From Malassezia furfur (taxonomy: Eukaryota): a stretch of 44,096 bases of DNA. The notes beneath the pieces were generated by a model. That model had not been told where the DNA came from. It saw only the letters and a list, made by a program, of their open reading frames with translations, and made no database searches. Shown one piece after another: positions 1-9,546 of the stretch (positions within the stretch are counted from its first letter, which is position 1; every line of letters starts with the position of its first letter). The stretch lies in NCBI GenBank assembly GCA_052055015.1, contig JBQJIT010000042.1; one strand, 5' to 3'. Position numbers and translations under genes: made by a program.

Positions 1-434
1 TGAACGAGTGGAAGGTCGTGTACTCGAACAAGGACCCTCGCAAGGAGGCCATCCCGTGGTTCTACGAGCACTTTGACCCCGAGGGCTGGAGCATTTGGCG
101 CTTCGACTTCAAGTACAACGACGAGCTCACCCATGTGTTCATGAGCAGCAACCAGATCGGCGGCTTCTTCACGCGTCTCGAGGCCACGCGTAAGTACGTC
201 ATGGGCACTGCTGGTGTGTTCGGCAAGGCGAACGACAACGTCATCGCGGGTATCGTCGTCCTCCGTGGCCACGACTGGAAGCCTGTCCTGAGCGCGGCCC
301 CCGACATTGACAGCTACGAGGTGACCCCGCTTGACCTCAACAAGCCCGAGGAGAAGAAGTTCTTCGAGGACATGCTTGCTTGGGAGGCTTCCGTGGACGG
401 CAAGGAGTGGGCCGACCAGAAGGACCTTAAGTAA
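1..434 (+). CDS. TEF4: Elongation factor 1B gamma, C-terminal EF1G domain (5' partial)
   Basis: EWKVVYSNKD..AIPWFYEHFDPEGWSIW..FKYNDELT..FMSSNQIGGFFTRLEA matches the EF1G domain. The frame is open from the window edge and codons are strongly C-ending. Confidence 0.92.
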   Translation, partial: NEWKVVYSNKDPRKEAIPWFYEHFDPEGWSIWRFDFKYNDELTHVFMSSNQIGGFFTRLEATRKYVMGTAGVFGKANDNVIAGIVVLRGHDWKPVLSAAPDIDSYEVTPLDLNKPEEKKFFEDMLAWEASVDGKEWADQKDLK

Positions 435-523
435 TTTCGTAGAACTTGAGTCTCTCCCAAATTAGGCCCTATTTGAGGTTGTGGAGGTCCCTTCGCATTA
501 TCGGATAAAGCGCTGCGACGTGC

Positions 524-2563
524 ATGGCAACAGAAGAGCAGCCCGGCACTGACGCAGGCGATCACGCCAAGCGCACTAGCACCGAAGCAGAAGATGCAAC
601 ACAAGGCTCTGACAAGCGTATCATAACGATACTGTATGCCACAGAAACAGGAAATGCCGAGGAAGTCGCCGAACGTCTGGCGCGCATCGCCTATCGTCGG
701 CACATTCAAGTGCGTCTCTTCAACTTGGCCAACTATGACAAGGTGCGTATCTAAACTAATGCAGACGGATTTGATCAATGAAGAATTCGTCGTGTTTGTC
801 GTTTCGACGACAGGAAATGGCGAGTTCCCTGTGTCCGCACGGTCCTTCTGGCGCTTCTTGCTGCGGTCTGCCCTGCCGGACGACATTCTGTCCGACCTGA
901 CTTTTACCGTGTTTGGACTGGGGGACTCGACCTACGCGCGCTTTTGTTGGGCTGCACGCATGCTCAGCAAGCGGTTGAAACAGCTAGGAGCCCATCTGTG
1001 GTTCGAGGACGGCGAGGCAGATGACCAGCATTATCTGGGGTACGTGCCTTTTTGACCCAGAATCGATGGTGGTCTACAGTCATGGATTGAGCAGTTCAAA
1101 GCACAGCTCGATGCCTACCTACCAATGCCGCCTGGCACCAAGCCGATCGAAGAAAATGTCTTGCTACCGCCCCGCGTTCGCACGAGCATATTGGATACCG
1201 AGCCCGAGGCTTTCCTTGATCAATCACCCCTGCACGCGACGCTCAAAACCAACAAACGGTTGACCGCAGCCGATCATTTCCAAGATGTCCGTCTAATTGA
1301 ACTTGACCTGGATGAGAAAGTCAGCTTGCCTGCATACAAAGCTGGAGACGTAGTCTGTCTCATGCCCGAGAACGCCCCGGACAAGGTCGAGCAGCTCATT
1401 CAGCGGCTTGAATGGTCAAATGAGGCCGACATGCGTCTATCCCTCACCGACACGGATCCTTGTACGTGATATACTTACCCAGTCCGACCGCTTCCATCCG
1501 TGCTGGCCAACGAGAGCAAACATGGCAGCCTGACGCTCCGTCGCCTTCTTACGCAATATCTGGATCCATTTGCCGTACCACGGCGCCGTTTTTTTGAGGT
1601 CATTGCCCACTTTTCTCCGCCAGGGCACCGCGAGCGCGAGAAGCTGGAGGAATACTTGCAGCCGGGCGATGGTACTGATGACATGTATGAATATGCTCAG
1701 CGTGTACGCCGCACGATGGCTGAGGTGCTCTACGAATTCACTAGCGTCAAGATACCCGTCGAATATGTAATGGAGACCTTTCCTCTATTACACGAACGGC
1801 AGTTTAGTATTGCCAGCGGGCCCACTGTATGTGCTCGATTGCTCACCCCAGCTCTATGGACGTCGTATCCAATTAGTCATTGCCCTGGTCAAGTACAAAA
1901 CACGTCTACAAAAGCCGCGCGAAGGGGTGTGCAGCGCATGGATTGCGCGCCTGGAGCCTCCTAGGCGCCTACCGATTCGAATCATCCCCGGCACGCTTCT
2001 CCTCCCTGCCCAGCCGTCCACACCCGTCCTGACCATCGGCCCTGGAACCGGGATTGCCCCCTTACGTGCCATCATACAGGAGCGCATCGCATCGACACCC
2101 CCAATCGCGGACAATACTGTGGTCATCGGTTGTCGCTATACTGCGCGCGACTTTCTCTTCCAGACAGAGTGGTCGCGTCTTGCTGACAAATGCGATGAGC
2201 CGAGCGACCCAAGCGCGAAGCACGACGAGGCTGCCGCGGCGATGGAGCGGCTTGCGATACGCCAGCCGTTGATCCAACTGTACGTCGCTGCAAGCCGCGA
2301 CCAAAAGGAAAAGGTCTACGTACAGGATGTTTTGCGTGAACATGGCGCAACGGTCTGGAACATCCTCGGGCCTCGACGAGGGATTGCATACCTTTCTGGG
2401 TACGTCTCCATCTGACATCAGGTCGTCGGGCAAGATGCCTGAACAGGTACGCAAAGCCATGGTGGATATATTCCGGATCCATGGACGTATGGATTCGGAC
2501 CAGGCCGAGCGGTACTTGTCCACACTGGAGATTGAGCGTCGCTGGCAAGAAGAGTGCTGGTGA
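524..2563 (+). CDS. TAH18: NADPH-dependent diflavin oxidoreductase 1 (NDOR1), 6 exons
   Basis: Flavodoxin motifs ILYATETGNAE, STTGNGE, FGLGDSTY; FAD/NADPH motifs RQFSIAS, IGPGTGIAP, SRDQ..KVYVQD; ends EECW. Introns 743-764, 1040-1060, 1462-1482, 1827-1851 and 2400-2421 join the ORF fragments in frame. Confidence 0.93.
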
Positions 2564-2601
2564 GAATCCTCGGAGTGATGAGTTCATAGTCAGCTACGAC
2601 T

Positions 2602-2807
2602 TTATGCAGACTCCTTCTCGAGCTTGGCGTAGTAGGTGTCGCCTGAATGAGCATAATAGATAACGTACGCTTCTGAACGCGAGGGACGTGAATGCCGTAC
2701 CAGAATGCCAGGGCAAAAGTGATGCCACTACCAAGGCTCATGGTAACATCGAAGAAGAACTTCTTGCGGAGCATGCCCTTGATGGGCGCGACAGATCCGA
2801 CAGGCAT
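2602..2807 (-). CDS. COX9: Cytochrome c oxidase subunit Cox9, 59 aa, 2 exons
   Basis: MPVGSVAPIKGMLRKK..FWYGIHVPRVQKR|DTYYAKLEKESA after removing the 26-nt intron 2643-2668. Confidence 0.85.
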
Positions 2808-2872
2808 GGTGAATAGTCCGTGTGGGTTGAATGACAAATGCAAACCCCCCCGGCCCGACCTCTACCGCGATA

Positions 2873-2880
2873 TCACGTGA
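2873..2880. promoter_or_regulatory. TCACGTGA E-box upstream of COX9
   Basis: Palindrome in a 73-nt intergenic gap; the motif recurs in other gaps. Confidence 0.5.
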
Positions 2881-3906
2881 CTACTTAGGGGCTCGTGCCA
2901 GGCGCGCCTCCATCTGGCGTTGACGCGCCTCGGTCGTGTCGAGGCGCTTGGGCCCACCCTGGGCAGTGAGAATTTCCACACCATCCTCGGTGATCAAAAG
3001 GGTCTCCTCTGCGGCAGCAGAAAGGGCACCATCCTTCGTCGTGATTGTCCAGTTATCCGGCCACTCCATATCGCCGCTGTTGGTGCCCAAATTCACCATG
3101 GGTTCAATCGTGAAGATATGGCCTGGCTGCATCACGCCATAAGCTTTCTTGGTCACATGGTGAAAGACGGTGGGAGGTCCATGGAAGACACGACCAATAC
3201 CGTGGCCCGTGTAGTTGCGTACCACAGCGCACCCATTCCTTTCAGCGATCGGCTCAATGACGTGACCAATTTCGGCGTAGGGCATGCCGGGGCCACAAAT
3301 GGCAATGGCAGCGTCGAGGCACTCGCGCGCAGTCCTAATTATGCGCATGAGCGGCTCGTCCGCGCGCGCACGATCACCAACGGGGTATGTAGCGTTCAGA
3401 TCACCGTGGAAGCCGTTGTGGAAGAGCGTCACGTCGAGGTTCAGTAGGTCTCCATCTTTGAGGGGTCGGCGATCGGGAATCCCGTGGCAAATTACCTCAT
3501 TGACCGATGTACACACGCTCTTAGGGTAGCCGTGGTATCCTAGGGGCGAAGGGTAGCAATCACGCTTGATAGCCGCTTCGACCAACTTCTTATCGATCTC
3601 GTCCGTAGTAATCCCCGGGCGAATCAATGCGGCAATCTCTTCCAACGATTCGCGAGCGAGCTGGGTTAGTATTGCACGCACCTTGGCTGCGAGACGCACG
3701 CCGTCCTGCTCTTCAGGAGAATTCACTTTAATTTTCTTGGAGGTAAAGAGCTGCGTAAGGATCTCGCGTACCGATTCCCGGCCATAATTGGGACGCTTGA
3801 TATGCGGGGGAATCTTTGACTTGGGACTGAGGGGGTATACGGCATGCACGTCACCGCTGTAGCGGAATCGGCGGGCGCCTTCAAATGGATCAAAATTCTC
3901 GCTCAT
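2881..3906 (-). CDS. MAP1: Methionine aminopeptidase type 1, no N-terminal zinc finger
   Basis: YPSPLGY, CTSVNEVICHGIPD, NLDVT, HGDLNAT, GHGIG, FTIEPM. In-frame 21-nt introns at 3751-3771 and 3661-3681. Start at ATG 3906 is inferred. Confidence 0.9.
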   Translation of the reverse strand: MSENFDPFEGARRFRYSGDVHAVYPLSPKSKIPPHIKRPNYGRESVREILTQLFTSKKIKVNSPEEQDGVRLAAKVRAILTQLARESLEEIAALIRPGITTDEIDKKLVEAAIKRDCYPSPLGYHGYPKSVCTSVNEVICHGIPDRRPLKDGDLLNLDVTLFHNGFHGDLNATYPVGDRARADEPLMRIIRTARECLDAAIAICGPGMPYAEIGHVIEPIAERNGCAVVRNYTGHGIGRVFHGPPTVFHHVTKKAYGVMQPGHIFTIEPMVNLGTNSGDMEWPDNWTITTKDGALSAAAEETLLITEDGVEILTAQGGPKRLDTTEARQRQMEARLARAPK

Positions 3907-3925
3907 GAAAATGTGGAGTAAAACG

Positions 3926-5039
3926 ATGTGGGCGGCAGCCTGGACGCGGAGTTTGCGTTTCGCTGGGAAGAGCATGTCGGGTCTTCGCGGCGTGCACAAC
4001 GGATCAGTGCGCACATTTGAGGGCATTTCCTCCTACCGCACATGGCGTGACGAGTCCATCCGGCAGCGTCAGACGGTGGGCTTTGTGCCGACAATGGGCG
4101 CCCTACACCAGGGCCACCTCAGCCTCGTCGATGCGTCCTTGGCGGAGAATGACATGACGATTGTGTCCATTTTCGTGAATCCGGCGCAATTTGCGCCACA
4201 TGAAGATCTTTCTAGCTACCCGCGCACTATTGAAAGTGATCTCGCACAGCTTAACGAGCGCCAAGAGAAGGCAAACGCCTCTGGCCGTTTAGCGGTGCTC
4301 CTTCCCACGGTCCGTGACATGTACCCCCATGGATTTGCGCAAGAAATAAGCAAACAGGTGGGTGCCTTTGTCGAGGTCAAGGGTCTTTCGCATCAGATGG
4401 AAGGCACGACACGGCCAACTTTTTTCCGTGGCGTGGCTACGGTGGTAACCAAGCTATTCAACATTGTCATGGTATGTTGCCTTTCTCACGCAGCCGGACC
4501 GTGCATACTTTGGCCAAAAGGACATCCAGCAAGCCATTGTGTTGCGCCGCTTGGCTGACGATCTGCTCTTCCGTTACCCCCAGGGCCACGAGAATGTTCG
4601 TGTACTGCCTACGAGTCGCGACCCTACCGACATGCTGGCGCTGAGCAGTCGCAACGCTTACTTAGATGCACGCGGCCGTGCGGCCGCGCCAACTCTGTAT
4701 GAGGCTCTTGCGCGCGGCCAGATGGTTTGGAACAAGCTCCTTGAACAACAAGTGAGCCCTGCAGAGCGCATTCAGGCAACGCTCGCAGCGGTTCGTGAAG
4801 TGGTCGATCGGCGTGCTGCAGGGCTCGCGTCGGCGCCGTCGGACGACGGCATCCGCGCCCACGTAAAACTCGACTATGTGTGCCTCAACGACCCCAACAC
4901 GCTCGAGGAGCTGGTGGACGACGCGAACGAGGGGGCGATTCTGAGCGGTGCGTTGTGGATGTACAACGACGCCCGGCAGGAAAAGCCAACGACGCGCCTG
5001 ATCGACAATATGCTTTTGGGTTTCTCGATGGACTCGTAG
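3926..5039 (+). CDS. PAN6: Pantoate--beta-alanine ligase (pantothenate synthetase)
   Basis: FVPTMGALHQGH, SIFVNPAQF, RPTFFRGVATVV, YFGQKDIQQ, ALSSRN, RLIDN. Intron 4472-4493. Start is uncertain (in-frame ATGs at 3905, 3911, 3926, 3974). Confidence 0.93.
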
Positions 5040-5051
5040 AATACAAGGCTA

Positions 5052-5779
5052 TTAGCACGTGCATGCATCCTCTCGCGCCGGTTGCTGCGTGCTCGAAAGC
5101 TGCACGGGTGCATTGCTGGCCGGCTGCTGTTGAGCGGCGCCAGGCGCCGGGCGCTTGGCGGCTCCCATGCCGCGGTCGAGCGGCAGCTTGTTTGCGACAT
5201 CCTTGAACAGCTTGTCGATGTTCGTCGGCGTCTTTGCCGAGGTTTCGAGGAACATAAGCCCCTCGGACTCGGCGTACTTGGCGCCGTCTTCGGTAGGCAC
5301 CACGCGCCGCTCTTCCAGGTCGAGCTTGTTGCCGACGAGTGCAATGGTAATGTTTGCATCTGCATGTCGCTGCAACTCGCGGATCCATGCCTTGGCATTC
5401 TCCAGCGAGTCCTCTTCGGTAATGTCGTACACAACGATGGCACAGTGGGCGTTGCGATAGTACATAGGTGCAAGCGATTTGTATCGTTCCTGGCCGGCCG
5501 TGTCCCTGGCATGAGAACATGCACGTACCAAATCTCGAGTTTGACCGTGGAATCGTCGTCGCGCTTTACGGTTTGTGTGAGGAACGCCGCTGCATTAGTG
5601 GGTGCACGTACCGCCGATGGTACTCTCGCGGAAGTCATCGAACTGGTCCTTGACGAAACGCAGGGCGATGCTACGTGAGTTGGGATAGCATACCTCGACT
5701 TGCCCACAGAAGACTCGCCTGCCGTTACAATACGTCACGTACCTAGCAAGACCAGCTTGAAGCTCACGACACCGCTCAT
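5052..5779 (-). CDS. VPS21: Rab5-family small GTPase, 5 exons
   Basis: FKLVLLGESSVGKSS, STIGAAFLTQ, IWDTAGQERYKSLAPMYYR, GNKLD, ETSAK, C-terminal CTC prenylation site. Introns 5719-5742, 5671-5693, 5590-5611, 5506-5528. Which Rab5 paralog is uncertain. Confidence 0.88.
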
Positions 5780-5823
5780 GACCTCGACAACGGAATCACC
5801 AAGGAACCGCGGCGCCACTGCGC

Positions 5824-7330
5824 ATGTCGGCTTACTTCCCCGATTCGCGCACCCACCGCTTCCCAGACTGTCAGATCGGGTGGAGACGCCGGAGCAAAGT
5901 CGTGATTCGGCCAGGCCCTTTCCCAATGAAACGACACCATCCATACGGTGGCTATGATGAGACAGTACGCGGGCGTGGGCGCCGCGGCGGGCGGGGCCCA
6001 GCGCGCGGACGTCCGCCAGTGTCCCCGGCCGATGTGCGCGCGAATTATGCACCATACGGTGCAAACGCAGAGTACGGCGTCAGTTATCCGCCTTGGGGCG
6101 CAATGCCCTTCCCACCGATGGGAGCGCCTTACGCACCCTTCCCTATGCCACCCATGACGTCAGGTACGTGTTGTTGACCCACCTAGATGCGCCACAGCCC
6201 ATGTATGGTGCCATGCCCATGCCCTGGGGCATGCCATACGGCATGCCCATGCCTGGGTCGCCATACGGTCCTTCCGTGGCCCCATCTGACCAACGGCGCG
6301 AAGGGTACAGGTCCGATGGGCGCCGCTCAGACACTACGCGGGGAGGACGCAACCGGCGCGGGCCCGTGCATCCACGACCCTCCAAAAGTGTGTATCAGCC
6401 AGATCCCGACGCAGAGCGGCCAGAGGACAGTAAACCATGCCGCACGCTGTTTGTGCGCAATGTGGCGTTCGAGGTGAATGTGCATCAGTTCCGTGAGCAG
6501 TTTGAGCAATTCGGCGAGATCAAGACGTGGTTTGATCTCATTCAGCGCCGTGGCTTGCTCTTTGTAACCTTTTTTGATACCCGTGCAGCGCAGCGAGCCA
6601 AGGAAGAGATGAATCAGCGCAAACTCTATGGGCGCGTGCTGGACGTACACTACAGCTTGCCCAAAGACGAGGACCAGCAGCAGCACTGCGACCGTGAGAA
6701 GAACCAGGGCACTCTTTTTGCGCTGGTTCGTGGAGCGAAAGAGCCCGTCACAGACGAGAGCGTGCGTGCACTCTTCGCGCCGTTTGGTGAGATTCGGGAG
6801 ATTCGCCCGTACAAAGACAAGCAGAACACACGCTTTATCGAGTACTGGGACAGCAGAGCCTGCGTTGCGGCGTACGATCAGCTGAATGAGACGTCCTTTT
6901 TGGGCGGGGAACTACTGCTTAAATTTGCTTGGGACCTTGCCACGGTCTCGTTGGTAACGGATGCCAAGAACCGCAACGAGGCAAAGGCCGCGGCAGAAGC
7001 GCGTGCGCGCGAGGGCCGGGGCAGTGCAACACCTGCGCCTGTCCAGCCTTCGACCGTCTGGCCTGCCTCGACGGCGGCTGCTGTGCACGGAGAACCTACG
7101 CCGCCCGTTCCTGGACCCACGGGCGACCGCCTCGAGCAAGCTCAAAAAGTCCAGCAGGTACGTCCTCTGACTATTGACACTAGCTACTTGCGACGCTCCA
7201 AAAAAGTCACAACCCTGCCCCTCGTGCCGATAGCCCCCCACCAACATCCCCGGAGCGCATCAATGATGCGGCACCGCTTTTGGATAACGCGGAGTCACCA
7301 ACAGCGCCGGGTGGGACTGGAGGCTTCTAG
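5824..7330 (+). CDS. RNA-binding protein with two Mei2-like RRMs and a Pro/Met/Gly-rich N-terminus
   Basis: PCRTLFVRNV..RGLLFVTFFDTRAA..LDVHYSLPK..NQGTLF..FIEYWDSRAC resembles Mei2-like RRM1-RRM2. Introns 6164-6186 and 7158-7183; spliced stop at 7328-7330. Confidence 0.8.
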
Positions 7331-7426
7331 AGGGGTGTGCGTCGCCTAGACTAGGATGTCCGCGGCTTTTGATTTGACGAGAACCATTTTCATTTGTTAA
7401 CTCGCGCCAGTATATGCAGGGACTCT

Positions 7427-7435
7427 TCACGTGAC
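7427..7435. promoter_or_regulatory. TCACGTGAC E-box upstream of the Tay1-like gene
   Basis: Matches the Cbf1-type consensus GTCACGTG on the minus strand; intergenic. Confidence 0.5.
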
Positions 7436-7730
7436 ACATTTTCCGCTTGGTATGTATGCGCCGATTGCGGATTTCCCGAGTCCCTTTCAGGTATTTGGCC
7501 AATCCCATTCCGTCGTAGCACAATATCTCCGCCATTCAGGGACTTCACATGTGCACGCTCTGCTCCAGGGACAAATGCTAATATTTCTCGGCTTAGCGCT
7601 TAGGTTGGCTCACGCTTGTCATCCGTTGACCGACGCGTGCGCAACTTTTACCTCCCAACGTTGAATCAGTTGCGCACATCCGGCCGTTGGGCTCACGCTT
7701 GCGTACGGAAGCTGGCGGTCATCTACGTCG

Positions 7731-9482
7731 ATGAGCGAGCCGAATCTTACGTCCTTACCAGGGTCGTCAGATGCAGCTGCGGATGCGAGCGGTTCTCGTC
7801 CAGCCAAACTGAAATGGACAGAAGATGAAACCCAGGCTCTTGTAGAAGGGTGTAACAAGCATGGCGTGGGCAGCTGGACGCAGATTCTTTCGGACTCTGA
7901 GCTCATGCCGCGCTTCTCTGACCGGACCCCTGGTGACCTGAAAGATCGTTTTCGGACCTACTTTCCGGATTCCTACCATGAGTTGTACCCTAACGCAAAA
8001 ACACACTGGGGCAACCAATCGCGGGGCAAGGCCCCCGATGGACGGAGTATTTTTGAGAAGGGCAAAGTCAAAGAGCGTCGTCCCTTTACGGAGGAAGAGG
8101 ATCGCGCGCTGATGCGCGGGTATAAAATGTATGGTTCGCACTGGGCCCTCATTGCGCGTGACCCTGCATTCAAGAACCAGCGTCGCTCTACGGATGTGCG
8201 CGACCGCTTCCGTAATGCGTTTCCGGAGGAGTACGCCCGCGCGGGCTACAAGCCGCGCAGCAAAGCCAAGAGCAAAAGCGCCGCAAAAAACAAGGCGGCG
8301 CCGAGCGGCCCAGACGCGACAGTGTTTGCGACGCCGAATGCGTTGCCAAGTCCGATGCAGTTCATGGGCCAAGGCATGACTTCGCAGTCGATGGCGTTCC
8401 CGACGAACATGACTATGGCGATGGCGGAATCGCCGGCGCCGTCGCTGTCGTCGGAGTCAACGGCGTCGTCACCGATGGTTGATCCACGGATGCATGTCTC
8501 GTCGATGAATCCCGACTTTGGCTTCTTGCATAGCCAGGCGCTGCTGAGCCCCGAGATGTTCCACGCGGCGATCCAGGGAGTGCCGTACGACCGGTCCAAT
8601 GTGCTGCAGTGGTATAGCCCCGTGCTGCCGAACACAACGCCTTCGGACGAGGCGCGGAGTGGTGGCGGCGGCGGGGGTGGTGCGCCGGCGCATCAAAACA
8701 ATCTGCTCACGCAGCCTGTGCAGCGCTCGCAGTCGACGCACGGCACACAACGCCCCGGTTACCAGCGGACGCGCACCATGACCTATGCGCGCGACCCTCA
8801 GACGGGCATGTATGCCTCGTCGTACCCCAATGACTCCCACGTGCCGTTTGACCAATCGTGGAACTTGTACAATGGCGACTTTACGCTGAACCGTGGGGCG
8901 AACAATGCCAATGACAACTTCTCACTGTTCCCCGCGCTGCCGACGTTCCAATCCTCGGATGGGAACGCATCCATGTCGAGCAACGGCTCCAACATAAACG
9001 ACTCGTTCCTCTTCCCCAGTGCAACGTACGCATCGTCGGATAATGCAAATGCGCTGTTTGCCGCGGCGGGCGTGCCGAACCCGTCGATGCTGACCGCGCC
9101 GGCGCTGTCATCCTTTACCCAGGCGCCACCTTCCCAAGATACACGACCCAAGGCGGAACCGCCGTCTGGACAGACGGCCTCGCAAGAGCCGCCGGCGCGT
9201 GACGCGCACAACGCGAGCGATGCCTCGTCTGCGTCGGCGCAACGTGACGCGGAGGCGTTCTTGCAGATGGCCTTTACGCAGGCCACCGGACTCCCCGCTG
9301 GGACGGCGACGGATTCCGCGATACCCTCGTCTGGGCTCGAGTGCAGCACGATGATGCACCCGTCGTTCAGCGGCCAGTTTGCGCCGTTTCTCACGGCCAA
9401 CCCACACGAAGGTACGGCATCGAACACGTCGCCGACCTTTGAAAAGAATGCCGCGTTCCCGCAGACGGACACGCCGCAATAG
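7731..9482 (+). CDS. TAY1: Tay1/Teb1-like protein with two TRF-type Myb domains
   Basis: KWTEDETQALVEGCNKHGVGSW..DRTPGDLKDRFRTYFP and RRPFTEEEDRALMRGY..GSHW..RRSTDVRDRFRNAFP, followed by a long low-complexity tail. Confidence 0.75.
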   Translation: MSEPNLTSLPGSSDAAADASGSRPAKLKWTEDETQALVEGCNKHGVGSWTQILSDSELMPRFSDRTPGDLKDRFRTYFPDSYHELYPNAKTHWGNQSRGKAPDGRSIFEKGKVKERRPFTEEEDRALMRGYKMYGSHWALIARDPAFKNQRRSTDVRDRFRNAFPEEYARAGYKPRSKAKSKSAAKNKAAPSGPDATVFATPNALPSPMQFMGQGMTSQSMAFPTNMTMAMAESPAPSLSSESTASSPMVDPRMHVSSMNPDFGFLHSQALLSPEMFHAAIQGVPYDRSNVLQWYSPVLPNTTPSDEARSGGGGGGGAPAHQNNLLTQPVQRSQSTHGTQRPGYQRTRTMTYARDPQTGMYASSYPNDSHVPFDQSWNLYNGDFTLNRGANNANDNFSLFPALPTFQSSDGNASMSSNGSNINDSFLFPSATYASSDNANALFAAAGVPNPSMLTAPALSSFTQAPPSQDTRPKAEPPSGQTASQEPPARDAHNASDASSASAQRDAEAFLQMAFTQATGLPAGTATDSAIPSSGLECSTMMHPSFSGQFAPFLTANPHEGTASNTSPTFEKNAAFPQTDTPQ

Positions 9483-9546
9483 CGCTCTATCTAATAGATG
9501 TACGAATGCAATGTACGAACGGCCTCCACTCCACAATGCCGGGGTA

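Noticed and set aside
524..2563. Apparent frameshifts or pseudogenes in TAH18, CDC55, ERV41, Rab5 and others
   Set aside because: Every break is explained by a canonical 21-29 nt GT-AG intron that restores frame and motifs.
2862..2884. 23-nt GT..AG spanning the MAP1 stop toward COX9
   Set aside because: Donor GTAGTC lacks the +5 G seen in the accepted introns, and there is no branch motif.
7607..7701. 12-nt direct repeat GGCTCACGCTTG (7607-7618, 7690-7701) and TTAGG-like words upstream of the Tay1-like gene
   Set aside because: Only two copies and no true telomere-repeat tract; not enough to claim autoregulation or an array.
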